Made by a program: the position numbers and the translations under genes | Notes under the pieces: generated by a model | The model's input: the letters and a program-made list of their open reading frames with translations, nothing else | Database searches by the model: none | What the model was told of the DNA's origin: nothing | Part shown: piece after piece, positions 1-8,381 of the stretch | How positions within the stretch are numbered: the stretch's first letter is position 1 | Layout of the letters: every line of letters begins with the position of its first letter | Origin: Candidatus Acidiferrales bacterium | Lineage (GTDB): Archaea > Halobacteriota > Bog-38 > Methanoflorentales > Methanoflorentaceae | DNA length: 61,838 nucleotides | Assembly: GCA_035624185.1 (NCBI GenBank) | Contig: DASPRZ010000055.1 | Location: 1 to 61,838 of the forward strand | Direction: 5' to 3'

Positions 1-144
1 GTGAACATGGTGCTTCAGAAGCGTGAGGGTACTCACGTGAGATTAGAAGATATCCGTATTTTATAATTGCGATAGTTCTAGTCCATAATGAGAGCTTCTG
101 CACACTTTTATCATTGTCGGTTGAGAAGCACGTAAGCGTAGAAC

Positions 145-903
145 TCAATTGAAAACTACCTCCTCTCGTATCTTCTTGAGCACTTCATTCCTTAGTTGCG
201 TAAACGCAAAGTCTGTACGATCTCTCGGCCTCGGCAGTTCGATTTTTAATATCTCTCTCACATTTTTATTTTGAACTGACATCAGAACGATCTTATCGGC
301 AAGAAACATCGCTTCATCGACACTATGTGTAACGAATAAAATCATTTTGTGCTCTACCCGCCATATTCGTAAGAATTCTTCCTGCATCTGATTTCGCGTC
401 TGAGCATCAAGAGCACCGAACGGCTCATCAGCAAGAATTATAGTGGGATCGTTCGCAAGCGCCCTGGCGATTCCAACCCTCTGCTTCATCCCCCCAGACA
501 GCTCGTTTGGGTAACTGTCTTTGAACTGCGCAAGCCCCACCAGATCGATGTACTTTTCAGCTATCTTTCGCATATCATTTTTTTTCAAGCATTTGAGCTC
601 TAATCCAAATTCTACGTTACCCATAACCGTTCTCCAGGGGAAGAGGGCGTATTCTTGAAATATCATCCCCCTGTCGCTTCCGGGACCTGTAATTACCTTG
701 TTATCCATTTTGATACTTCCACTTGTAGGCTTCTCAAGCCCGGCTATAAGCTTTAGAAGTGTTGTCTTTCCACAGCCGGAAGGCCCTATAATACAAACGA
801 ACTCACCTGCGTCGACCGTAAAGCTGACCCCATCGAGGGCAGAAAACCCGTCGTAGGTTTTGCTCACATTTTCCAAGCAGAAATACTCGCTACTTAGGTC
901 CAT
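145..903 (-). CDS. ABC transporter ATP-binding protein, NitT/TauT (nitrate/sulfonate/bicarbonate) family
   Basis: Walker [10 protein letters not shown], signature LSGGMKQR, Walker B ILADEP. Overlaps the upstream permease by 10 nt. Confidence 0.9.
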   Translation of the reverse strand: MDLSSEYFCLENVSKTYDGFSALDGVSFTVDAGEFVCIIGPSGCGKTTLLKLIAGLEKPTSGSIKMDNKVITGPGSDRGMIFQEYALFPWRTVMGNVEFGLELKCLKKNDMRKIAEKYIDLVGLAQFKDSYPNELSGGMKQRVGIARALANDPTIILADEPFGALDAQTRNQMQEEFLRIWRVEHKMILFVTHSVDEAMFLADKIVLMSVQNKNVREILKIELPRPRDRTDFAFTQLRNEVLKKIREEVVFN

Positions 904-1673
904 CTTAACAACCTCCTCTGCAAATACAGAATCCCTTCGCTCATGATGAAACCAATAATTCCGATCATTATAATTCCCGAGATTATTTCGGGCAGCCTCC
1001 CACCAACCTCATACATCGCCATGATGAAATATCCCAAACCAGTACCACTTCCCCCTACGAGTTCCGCTGCCACTATTGATGCCCATCCGACACCAAGGCC
1101 TACTCTCATACCAGTAATCATCGAAGGAACTATTGCCGGAAAGACAACTTTAGTTAAAATTTGTCTCTCATTTGCTCCAAGAACTTTTGCGACATCGATG
1201 AGGATGGGATCCACTGATTTTACCCCGGTGACTATGTTTAAAACAGTAGGGAAAAATACCCCAAGAGCTACAATAAATATCTGTGCGAGCAACACTGTGT
1301 TACCATATGCACTAAATAATACGTATGTCAGTGGTATCCATGCGAGCGGGGGTATCGGCCTAAATACTTCGATTAAGGTGCTTGCAAAATAGTCAAAGCG
1401 TCGGTACCAACCGATCGCTATCCCCATTGGGACAGCAATGACAAAAGCTATCAAGGCGCTTTCAAGCACTCGAGTAAGACTCGCAAGAGCGTGTTCCTGT
1501 AGTGTTTTCCCAAGCACAGGCTCGCCTTCAAAAATAAGCCTTAAAAATGTCTGGAAAGTTTCGACAGGGGTAGGTATCGACAGTAACTTAAAAATAGCTA
1601 CCACTTGCCATAAAATTAGAAAACAAATAATGGCAGCGGTACCATACATCGCCCGCGTAATTTTATCTTCCAA
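894..1673 (-). CDS. ABC transporter permease, NitT/TauT family
   Basis: Polytopic hydrophobic protein between the binding protein and the ATPase. Paralog of 17029..17838. Confidence 0.85.
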   Translation of the reverse strand: MEDKITRAMYGTAAIICFLILWQVVAIFKLLSIPTPVETFQTFLRLIFEGEPVLGKTLQEHALASLTRVLESALIAFVIAVPMGIAIGWYRRFDYFASTLIEVFRPIPPLAWIPLTYVLFSAYGNTVLLAQIFIVALGVFFPTVLNIVTGVKSVDPILIDVAKVLGANERQILTKVVFPAIVPSMITGMRVGLGVGWASIVAAELVGGSGTGLGYFIMAMYEVGGRLPEIISGIIMIGIIGFIMSEGILYLQRRLLRWT

Positions 1674-1731
1674 TTTGATACTCTCTTCACTCTATGTTAC
1701 GTCGATTTTTTGGGGCTGTATTTTACTCTAT

Positions 1732-2829
1732 CTATTTTACCCGAACGTGTAGGTCATTCTGCTTTGCTGCCATCCTCAGGAGAATATCCTGAACTGTTCC
1801 GGCACCTGGTATTGCAACATTCTTCTCGTCTAGATCCTTCAACGATTTGATGGCATCGTTGTCTTTCATCACAAGAGCAGAACCATCGACATTGGCGCCG
1901 GCAATTATAGTAATGTCGACATTATCATTTATTCTCTTCAATGTTGCAGGTCCTAATCCAAATGATCCGACATCGATCTCGCCCGTCTTGAACCCATCCA
2001 TTAACGCTACGCCATTTGCATACTGTTTTGTCACTACGTTGAGTCCGACCTCTTTGTAGTACCCCTCTTTCTCGGCTGCATAATCAGCGATGTCGTGACT
2101 GTTAGCCGTAAGAGCTCCAAACTTAATTGTTGCGTTAGTACTCGCAGGCATCCAATTCGGATTCTTTGCAAGGTTGTCTTTTACTTCTTTCACATAGTCT
2201 TGAACGACAAAACTGTCAAAGAATTGATCCTCATTTGAGTATCCTATATCTGTCACTTTTTTATTCAAGTATGACGTATTTTTCAGCTCATTATAAAAGC
2301 CCTTTACTGCACTTGCATTCGTTTCATATATATAGCGGATATTTTTTAACGAAGCATTCGCGGCTGCGGTACTTACACCAGTACGCTCCGCAATGTATTG
2401 CACAGTTTTATCGTGGTTTTTCGGATCGTTTACAAAATCTGTCCCCTTGACGTGGGCCCACACCAGCCCAAGAGTAACATTTCTATCAAGCTTCTGAAGT
2501 GAGTTAGTTGAAGCAGCAAGTATGCAGCACGGATGTTCTGGCCATATATCTTTCGAGTACGCAACTACTTTCCCGGTTCCACTTAGTACCGCGCTGGAAC
2601 TGACAGGCTCCCATATCATGAAACCATCAATATTTCCTGTCTTCAGTTGTTCAGTCATATCGCCAACTTTGAGTGATGTTTCGTACACGGTTCCTTTATT
2701 TTGTCCGCTTTGTGTCATGCATCCCGCCGCAAATACTGTGCCTATTAATGATAGTACTACTAAAATGCCCCACGCCCGTTTCATATACATAGACGACCCT
2801 TGTATCCGTTTTAGTATGACAACAATCAT
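1732..2829 (-). CDS. ABC substrate-binding protein (NMT1/SsuA-like)
   Basis: Signal-like N-terminus KRAWGILVVLSLIGTVFAAGC followed by a soluble domain. Operon position supports the call. The true start is probably an internal Met (2790 or 2784). Confidence 0.8.
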   Translation of the reverse strand: MIVVILKRIQGSSMYMKRAWGILVVLSLIGTVFAAGCMTQSGQNKGTVYETSLKVGDMTEQLKTGNIDGFMIWEPVSSSAVLSGTGKVVAYSKDIWPEHPCCILAASTNSLQKLDRNVTLGLVWAHVKGTDFVNDPKNHDKTVQYIAERTGVSTAAANASLKNIRYIYETNASAVKGFYNELKNTSYLNKKVTDIGYSNEDQFFDSFVVQDYVKEVKDNLAKNPNWMPASTNATIKFGALTANSHDIADYAAEKEGYYKEVGLNVVTKQYANGVALMDGFKTGEIDVGSFGLGPATLKRINDNVDITIIAGANVDGSALVMKDNDAIKSLKDLDEKNVAIPGAGTVQDILLRMAAKQNDLHVRVK

Positions 2830-2830
2830 T

Positions 2831-2842
2831 TAACAATTGTTA
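2831..2842. promoter_or_regulatory. TAACAATTGTTA palindrome next to a TATA-like TTTATATA in the ABC operon promoter
   Basis: Perfect 12-bp palindrome with the same core as the sites at 54537, 54606 and 34367. Confidence 0.45.
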
Positions 2843-3003
2843 TATAAATTTTATTACAAATTTTATTGTACTGTAGAATTGTTTATCCTAAAGTGACTAT
2901 TATCTACCTGAATTTTGTCTATTTGTCATAATAAGCAAAAGTCACTAGCGAGAGGTCTCCTCCCGTTTTAGATCGGTAATATCTCGTAAAAGGTAGTTTG
3001 CGA

Positions 3004-4602
3004 TCACCATTCAGTAATCATACGAACCGTTGTAAAAACTGGCCCCCGTAGATCTATTTTCTTATTTTGACTTGTGATGTAGCGCTTTGCGATAGGATCG
3101 ATTCTGATATTGATATCACTGGGAGATCGAGATATCCTTATCCTAACCTCAAGTTCCTTCCTGCCCTCTTTTAAGGCTCTCTCAATTTCATGTGCTGCTT
3201 CTGCAGCGAAAGCAGCAATGTAAGTAATACCGGTTGAAATGCCAGAGGAGATTGTCGCGCCAATGACGTTGTTATCAGTCACGAAAATCTCATTCAAAAA
3301 AGCAGGGCCGCAAAGTTTTGTGTTCTCTTCGGGTTCAATAACTGAAACTTTTACAAACTCACCCAGCATTTCACCCTCCCACGCAACAAACTCAACGGGG
3401 CTCGGATCTTTGCCATGGATCTTGCAGATATCTACTATCGCATTTTGTACTTCTTTCCCCTGATCCGTAAGCGGCTTCAATCTAATTGAGATAAGATTGC
3501 GGATTTCTTCATCACTTAAGGTAAATTTTTCATAAAATTGTGGGTAGACGAGCTCTCTTATATCTCCATAGTCGTAAACGATCATGGCTATCCTTTCAAC
3601 ACCCGGTCCGCAGTTTAATACGGGAACGTCTATGCCGTAGTTTGCGAGTGTTACAGGACTGTACAGTCCAAAGTCAGATACCTCGAGCCATCCGTCACTC
3701 TCACTTGTCCCGAGGTCGAAGTCAGGATGATACGCATATGCTTCATAATGCTTACCTGGAGCATAATATGTGTCTGTTCCTGTTTCAATCCTGTCAAATT
3801 TAAACTCCTCGAACCCAAGTGGATTTAATAGCTCCGTTGTAATCCACTTCCCAACGTCTATGGAAACATCTTCATCCATCACAACGCAGGACGCTGAGTT
3901 ATGAACTTTAAGGTGTGTGGCATCTTCGCGCTGCTCTCTCCGAAAACGAAGACCGATTGAAAAGAGTTTGACGGGGAGTGATTTATAATGTTGCACAGCA
4001 CTTAGCGTGTCAAACCACGCTGACGTCATATGCGATCGGAGGGTGAGATTTGAGGGCAATGGTTTGAGCTTCTTGAATTCTGGAAGCGTTTTTTCAAATA
4101 CCTCAATCGCACGTGCATCGTCAATGTTCAAAACCCTCGCGATTTCTCTTACAAGCTCATCTGCTTCGACCTCACCCGTTTTCAACTTATGGAGCGTCTC
4201 TTGCAGTTCTAGTACTTTCTTCTCCGGTAGTTCGATTCCAAGTGACCGTATTTTGGCTTGCTTCTGAGCGCTCAGTCCCACGTCTGGTCTCGGGAGTGCG
4301 GCGAGGTAGTAGCACCTATCAAGAATAGCGTACCCTGTTGGCCCCCATTGTTTCATCACATCTTCTGCGGGAAAAATCGTCTCATTTATGACTTCATCAA
4401 ACCCCATTTCAAATAGTCGTTCTCTAAGCCTCCCTATAAGGTCATTTACCCTATGGCTTTTCCCGCGCACCCCTTTGGGGAGGATCCTCGACATGTTATA
4501 AGCGCTACCGTCATTTAGTAATTCTCCGCCATATTTCCATGCACTTTCAAAGTCTTTTTGCTCCTTGATCTTCAATAATTCATCTATGGGTATTCTCTTC
4601 AA
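3004..4602 (-). CDS. sepS: O-phosphoserine--tRNA(Cys) ligase (SepRS)
   Basis: Matches remembered SepRS blocks: DRCYYLAALPRPDVGL, LTLRSHMTSAWF, FRREQREDATHL, HNSASCVV, VYSPVTLANYGIDVPVLNCGPGVERIAMI, YPQFY. Confidence 0.93.
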   Translation of the reverse strand: MKRIPIDELLKIKEQKDFESAWKYGGELLNDGSAYNMSRILPKGVRGKSHRVNDLIGRLRERLFEMGFDEVINETIFPAEDVMKQWGPTGYAILDRCYYLAALPRPDVGLSAQKQAKIRSLGIELPEKKVLELQETLHKLKTGEVEADELVREIARVLNIDDARAIEVFEKTLPEFKKLKPLPSNLTLRSHMTSAWFDTLSAVQHYKSLPVKLFSIGLRFRREQREDATHLKVHNSASCVVMDEDVSIDVGKWITTELLNPLGFEEFKFDRIETGTDTYYAPGKHYEAYAYHPDFDLGTSESDGWLEVSDFGLYSPVTLANYGIDVPVLNCGPGVERIAMIVYDYGDIRELVYPQFYEKFTLSDEEIRNLISIRLKPLTDQGKEVQNAIVDICKIHGKDPSPVEFVAWEGEMLGEFVKVSVIEPEENTKLCGPAFLNEIFVTDNNVIGATISSGISTGITYIAAFAAEAAHEIERALKEGRKELEVRIRISRSPSDINIRIDPIAKRYITSQNKKIDLRGPVFTTVRMITEW

Positions 4603-4806
4603 AACAGACGCCTCCGGGCCGAATATAAAAAATGATCAAAATAGGATGATATTGAAATGCTACATCTACAACGTACTTGACACTTTCCTCTTTACTTCTA
4701 GTGCTTACAGTTTTTTGTAAAATCTATGTCAACCTATATCAAATTATTCACGAAATTTTCAAGCCAGATAGAAAGTTATAAAGTTTATTTATAATAGTCA
4801 TCTGCT

Positions 4807-5844
4807 CTAACTTCCAATAAATCTTGAATACACGGATTTAGCTCTGTCTATATCACGTGTGCCCTTTATTATTGCGCGGCCATCTCGGAATAACGTAATT
4901 TCATAATTCGTTTCACTATCTTTAAAAATTAGCACATATTCATTACATTTGACGTCTCCTATTTTATCAAGCCTGTGAGTCATCTGCTCGAGTTTGATAT
5001 TGCTCTCTCTGCGAGGGACAATCTGTATGGCATCACGACCACATAAAGCGGTTATCAAGTCTTCTTTTTTAGCTTCAAGGAATTCGAACTCGAATTTCGA
5101 ACAGCATTTACAAGTAGGATTTTTTGGAACTGTTATTTTCTGTTGCTCCTGATTCCAAGCATCGTAGACGATCAGATTTGAACAAATATCAGTCGTGGCT
5201 CCAAGTAATATTTTTATAGATTCTGTTGAAGCGATTCCGGCCATAATAGAAGGGATTGTATTTAGGACTCCTGCCACGTCACAAGTCTGAAGTGCGCCTG
5301 AAGGAGGTACGTTCGGCAGGAAGCACCTGAAACAAGGAGTAGTGCCGGGCAAGATCACCATTACCATGCCATACGTTCCCACTGCTCCGCAGTAGACCCA
5401 CGGGATACCATACTTTACGCAAACGTCGTTTATTAAAAATCGCGTCTCCATATTGTCTGTTCCGTCTAATACTAAGTCTGAACTTCTGAGCAGATCCTCA
5501 GCATTCGTAGCATTGAGGTCTTTTACTATGGAGTTCAAATGCACCTCAGAATTTATTCTTTTTAATTTTTTAACGACTGCTAGAGCCTTTGGCACCTGTA
5601 GATCATCTTCGTCAAATATAATCTGCCTTTGGAGATTCGTCAATTCAACAAAGTCTCTATCTATGATGTTAAAATTACCAATGCCGGCTCTCACCAACAG
5701 GTTCGAAATATTAGTCCCAGTGGCGCCACATCCTACCACAGATATCTTGCTGACGCTCAACCTTAGTTGTCCTTCGATACCAATTTCAGGGAGTATAACC
5801 TGTCTCGCGTACCTTGGAAGTTTGTCTTCAGAGTTCACTTGCAT
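4807..5844 (-). CDS. ThiF/MoeB/HesA-type E1-like adenylyltransferase with a non-rhodanese C-terminal domain
   Basis: Nucleotide loop VVGCGATGTN and two CxxC pairs (CFRC, CKCC). The ~100-aa C-terminal domain (ITLFRDGRAIIKG) is paralogous to ORF 38473..38769. Confidence 0.85.
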   Translation of the reverse strand: MQVNSEDKLPRYARQVILPEIGIEGQLRLSVSKISVVGCGATGTNISNLLVRAGIGNFNIIDRDFVELTNLQRQIIFDEDDLQVPKALAVVKKLKRINSEVHLNSIVKDLNATNAEDLLRSSDLVLDGTDNMETRFLINDVCVKYGIPWVYCGAVGTYGMVMVILPGTTPCFRCFLPNVPPSGALQTCDVAGVLNTIPSIMAGIASTESIKILLGATTDICSNLIVYDAWNQEQQKITVPKNPTCKCCSKFEFEFLEAKKEDLITALCGRDAIQIVPRRESNIKLEQMTHRLDKIGDVKCNEYVLIFKDSETNYEITLFRDGRAIIKGTRDIDRAKSVYSRFIGS

Positions 5845-6437
5845 ATTAATTTAAACTAATGACGATATATTATGGACTTTTTGTCTAACTTTTACCTAAA
5901 TAAAAAGGTTTAAGTCAGGTATATTCGAGGAGAAGCACTTGTGCGATATTGATTTTGCTATAACCTAACGGTCTTCGCAACGACTCACGGGATCAAGCAG
6001 TTTCTGTGAGGGGTAAATGGTATAATTAATTTATGGGTTCCATAATATTTTAAAGGATGCTATGCGATTTTACTGTAATCCTTTGCCTCACTATAATCAT
6101 CTTTCGATCGCAAAGTATGAAATTAATTACATAACATAGGTTACTAAAAACAATACTGAGTAATAGCTTTGTTGAATACGCGCGTTTGTAGGAGAAATCA
6201 GGCTTGTGCGGATAAAGTAGCTCGGCTTTTGGACGTAATCTACAAAGCCAGTAGTGCTAAATGTGTTAAGAAAGAGACCATTTTTGTAACGATCAATGGA
6301 TATTTGTATTGTTTCGTGCTATTAGTCATTATGTTAATGTACTGTAGTTAAAAAAAGAGAGCGAGAAAGCGAATTAAAAGAAAATTCATCGTGTTTCACT
6401 CCATCTAACTAGATTAAGTTGGTTGCTGCAACAGCGA

Positions 6438-6486
6438 GAGAGTTAGAACTTATTGCATTCTCGTTTCCACCTCGGTTCTAACTCTC
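6438..6486 (-). terminator. Hairpin with a 12-bp perfect stem (GAGAGTTAGAAC / GTTCTAACTCTC) downstream of ORF 6513..6794
   Basis: Inverted repeat read directly from the sequence, with a 25-nt loop. Terminator function is inferred. Confidence 0.3.
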
Positions 6487-6512
6487 ACGCGTACAATGTT
6501 ACGATTTGGATG

Positions 6513-6794
6513 CTACATCAGTTGTTCGCGGTCTAAATTCTCTATGTACTTAACACCATACGGGGTAATTTTTATAGCTGTTACCGGGTGATCTTTTGTG
6601 CCCCTCACATTGACGTATCCCTTATCTTTGAAGTAATCAGCGAATCTAAGGAGTTCATCATCGCTGTATCCTAAATCGTTCGCAAGCGAATTGATGCCCG
6701 ATACCCATTTATCCGGAACCCTATGTGCATAGTTGTAAACTTTACAAAGAAATGCATCTCGTCGTTCTTCTTCAGTTTCGTTCAAAATTGTCAC
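6513..6794 (-). CDS. hypothetical small protein
   Basis: 93-aa ORF with a GAAGGTG-like RBS context. No recognised motif. Confidence 0.4.
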   Translation of the reverse strand: MTILNETEEERRDAFLCKVYNYAHRVPDKWVSGINSLANDLGYSDDELLRFADYFKDKGYVNVRGTKDHPVTAIKITPYGVKYIENLDREQLM

Positions 6795-7622
6795 CTTCTG
6801 TTTCTGATATACCTTCTATATCGTTCGTACCGCTTCAAAGTCTTTGTCTTATTTGCTGATCATGCGTTGCATGGATAACTATCACGATTGCGAATGCATT
6901 TGTATGCTTAGGCAACATCGTCTTGTGGTCCAAGGATTATGATTCTGTTAACGTTCGATGTTTCAGAAAAAGAAACAAAATGGTTCATTTTAGTAGTTAC
7001 TAAATTTTAGGTAGCAGTGAAACGTATTTATAATCTTTACCCTTTTGCGCTATCGATGGCATTTAACTTCTTGGGTGGCAAATGTTACTATATTACAAAA
7101 TAAGTTCCAAGTTTTTGGAAACGGTAACCGTAAAGTTATTACAAGTACCAGCACACTGTGTGCCAAATTGGAGGCTTATGAGTGGAGTCGGACAGATATT
7201 TGTCGCGCTGCATGTGGATTCGTAATCGTCCGCTTCGTTGACATTCGTAGTGTCGACACACTCTTTACATGCCCGGCGCATAATAAACTTTGTATCGCAA
7301 CTACATTTGTTTACACTCGGTGTTACTCTCAAATTGTGCGATATTGTCACCATGGATAACGCACGACGTACATAATAGCCCACCTTGTGTTTAGTCCTTT
7401 CAGACGGTGGCTCTTGAGCCTGTAACGATATCGTTTGGCAACGTGCCGTCGATGGATCTATTTTTCTTATGTGTAGAGACAATCCTTGACGCCAACCCAA
7501 GGTATAACAGTGGGCACCGCTATTGATTCTGTTGTAACGTTTACGGAGCAGCGTAGGTGGGGTTGCTTGTAAAAAATTGCATATTTGATTTGATGACATG
7601 CGATATACTGACATCAATGAAA

Positions 7623-7639
7623 TTTACGCTAACCGTAAA
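7623..7639. promoter_or_regulatory. TTTAC-N7-GTAAA operator-like palindrome (TTTACGCTAACCGTAAA)
   Basis: Exact member of the 5-site set, 54 nt upstream of the micro-ORF start. Followed by hairpin 7642..7666. Confidence 0.55.
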
Positions 7640-7692
7640 GCATGTAGCCTTCTGAAAAGGCTGCATATTAAAACTCGAGGAGGTGAAAACAA

Positions 7693-7806
7693 GTGGTCTT
7701 AGCAATATTGTTGTTAGTCGCATTGGCGGTTGGGGCAGTCGGCCTTGTAGCCACGGCATTCTTCCCATTGTTATCGCCGGTGATTGCCTTACTTACTCTA
7801 GCATAA
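7693..7806 (+). CDS. 37-aa hydrophobic micro-protein (MVLAILLLVALAVGAVGLVATAFFPLLSPVIALLTLA)
   Basis: GTG start 6 nt after GGAGGTGA. Paralog at 57830..57940 has identical RBS spacing. Differences between the copies are mostly third-codon-position in this frame. Absent from the ORF track (<60 aa); track ORF 7683..7865 is a different frame. Confidence 0.55.
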   Translation: MVLAILLLVALAVGAVGLVATAFFPLLSPVIALLTLA

Positions 7807-7811
7807 CTATT

Positions 7812-7936
7812 GGGGTGCAGTGGGATACTGCAGGTAAAGAGCATGGTAGCTGTGTCGGTGAATGAAATTGTCTCTAGAAGTTAAACGCTAAAATATATAC
7901 AGCTGTTAAAAATAGTAGCAAATCTCACTGTTACCC
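7812..7936 (+). ncRNA. Conserved ~125-nt element downstream of the micro-ORF (candidate structured RNA or antisense RNA locus)
   Basis: About 80-85% identical by eye to 57966..58095. The ends GGGGTGCAGTG and CACTGTTACCC can pair in both copies. No conserved ORF. Confidence 0.3.
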
Positions 7937-8381
7937 TTTTATCTTTTTCTCTCTCAATATAGTTTTTATTTATATTTGTTCTCTATAACCTCAGAATGAA
8001 AAGCAGCAGTCAAGCATCTCTATGCATTTAAAGAAGACTGGGCTGAGCTGTGCCTGACGATCTACATTCCTCTATGGGCTGGATATTCTGAGGGATAAAC
8101 ACGCGAAGTAAAAAAAGAGCGTGGCCAATCTAATGCAGTTTCCGTCAAAGGCGATTGTACTTTAAGTAGGGTAAACCTGAGCGATAAAAATCAATATATT
8201 CCAAGCAGCTCGATTGAGAGTAAAGACTCAAACGAAATAAGTTAAACGAGGATTGGAAAATCTCTAAGGTCATTGCGTATCTGCACCTCGTGCGTATCGG
8301 GTGTGACGTGACGGACTATATGCTTTAACATGCTGGCAAACTTTCGTCTGCGTCACGCCGGTCGATACCGGTACCCCAACT

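Noticed and set aside
1-66. Open frame ending at TAA 64..66 (..NMVLQKREGTHVRLEDIRIL), possibly the 3' end of a truncated gene.
   Set aside because: It is too short to identify or to distinguish from chance.
943-1392. Long antisense ORFs inside clear genes. Examples: 943..1392, 8551..9030, 16277..16942, 18925..19812, 27690..28235, 28425..28949.
   Set aside because: Each lies opposite a motif-supported CDS and shows low-complexity S/P/T/A-rich translation with no RBS. They are shadow ORFs.
7093-7617. 174-aa minus-strand ORF, and the 104-aa plus-strand ORF 7045..7359.
   Set aside because: The N-terminal third overlaps a dispersed non-coding repeat whose second copy (15431..15528) terminates the frame. 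There is no close RBS and the composition is odd. A shorter Cys-rich C-terminal product (from the Met at ~7353) cannot be excluded but is unsupported.
7590-7655. C/D-box sRNA-like arrangement (TGATGA ... CTGA ... ATGAAA ... CTGA).
   Set aside because: The box spacing (about 28 nt for the second guide) and the weak C' box do not fit archaeal C/D sRNAs. The region is better explained by the operator plus leader hairpin.
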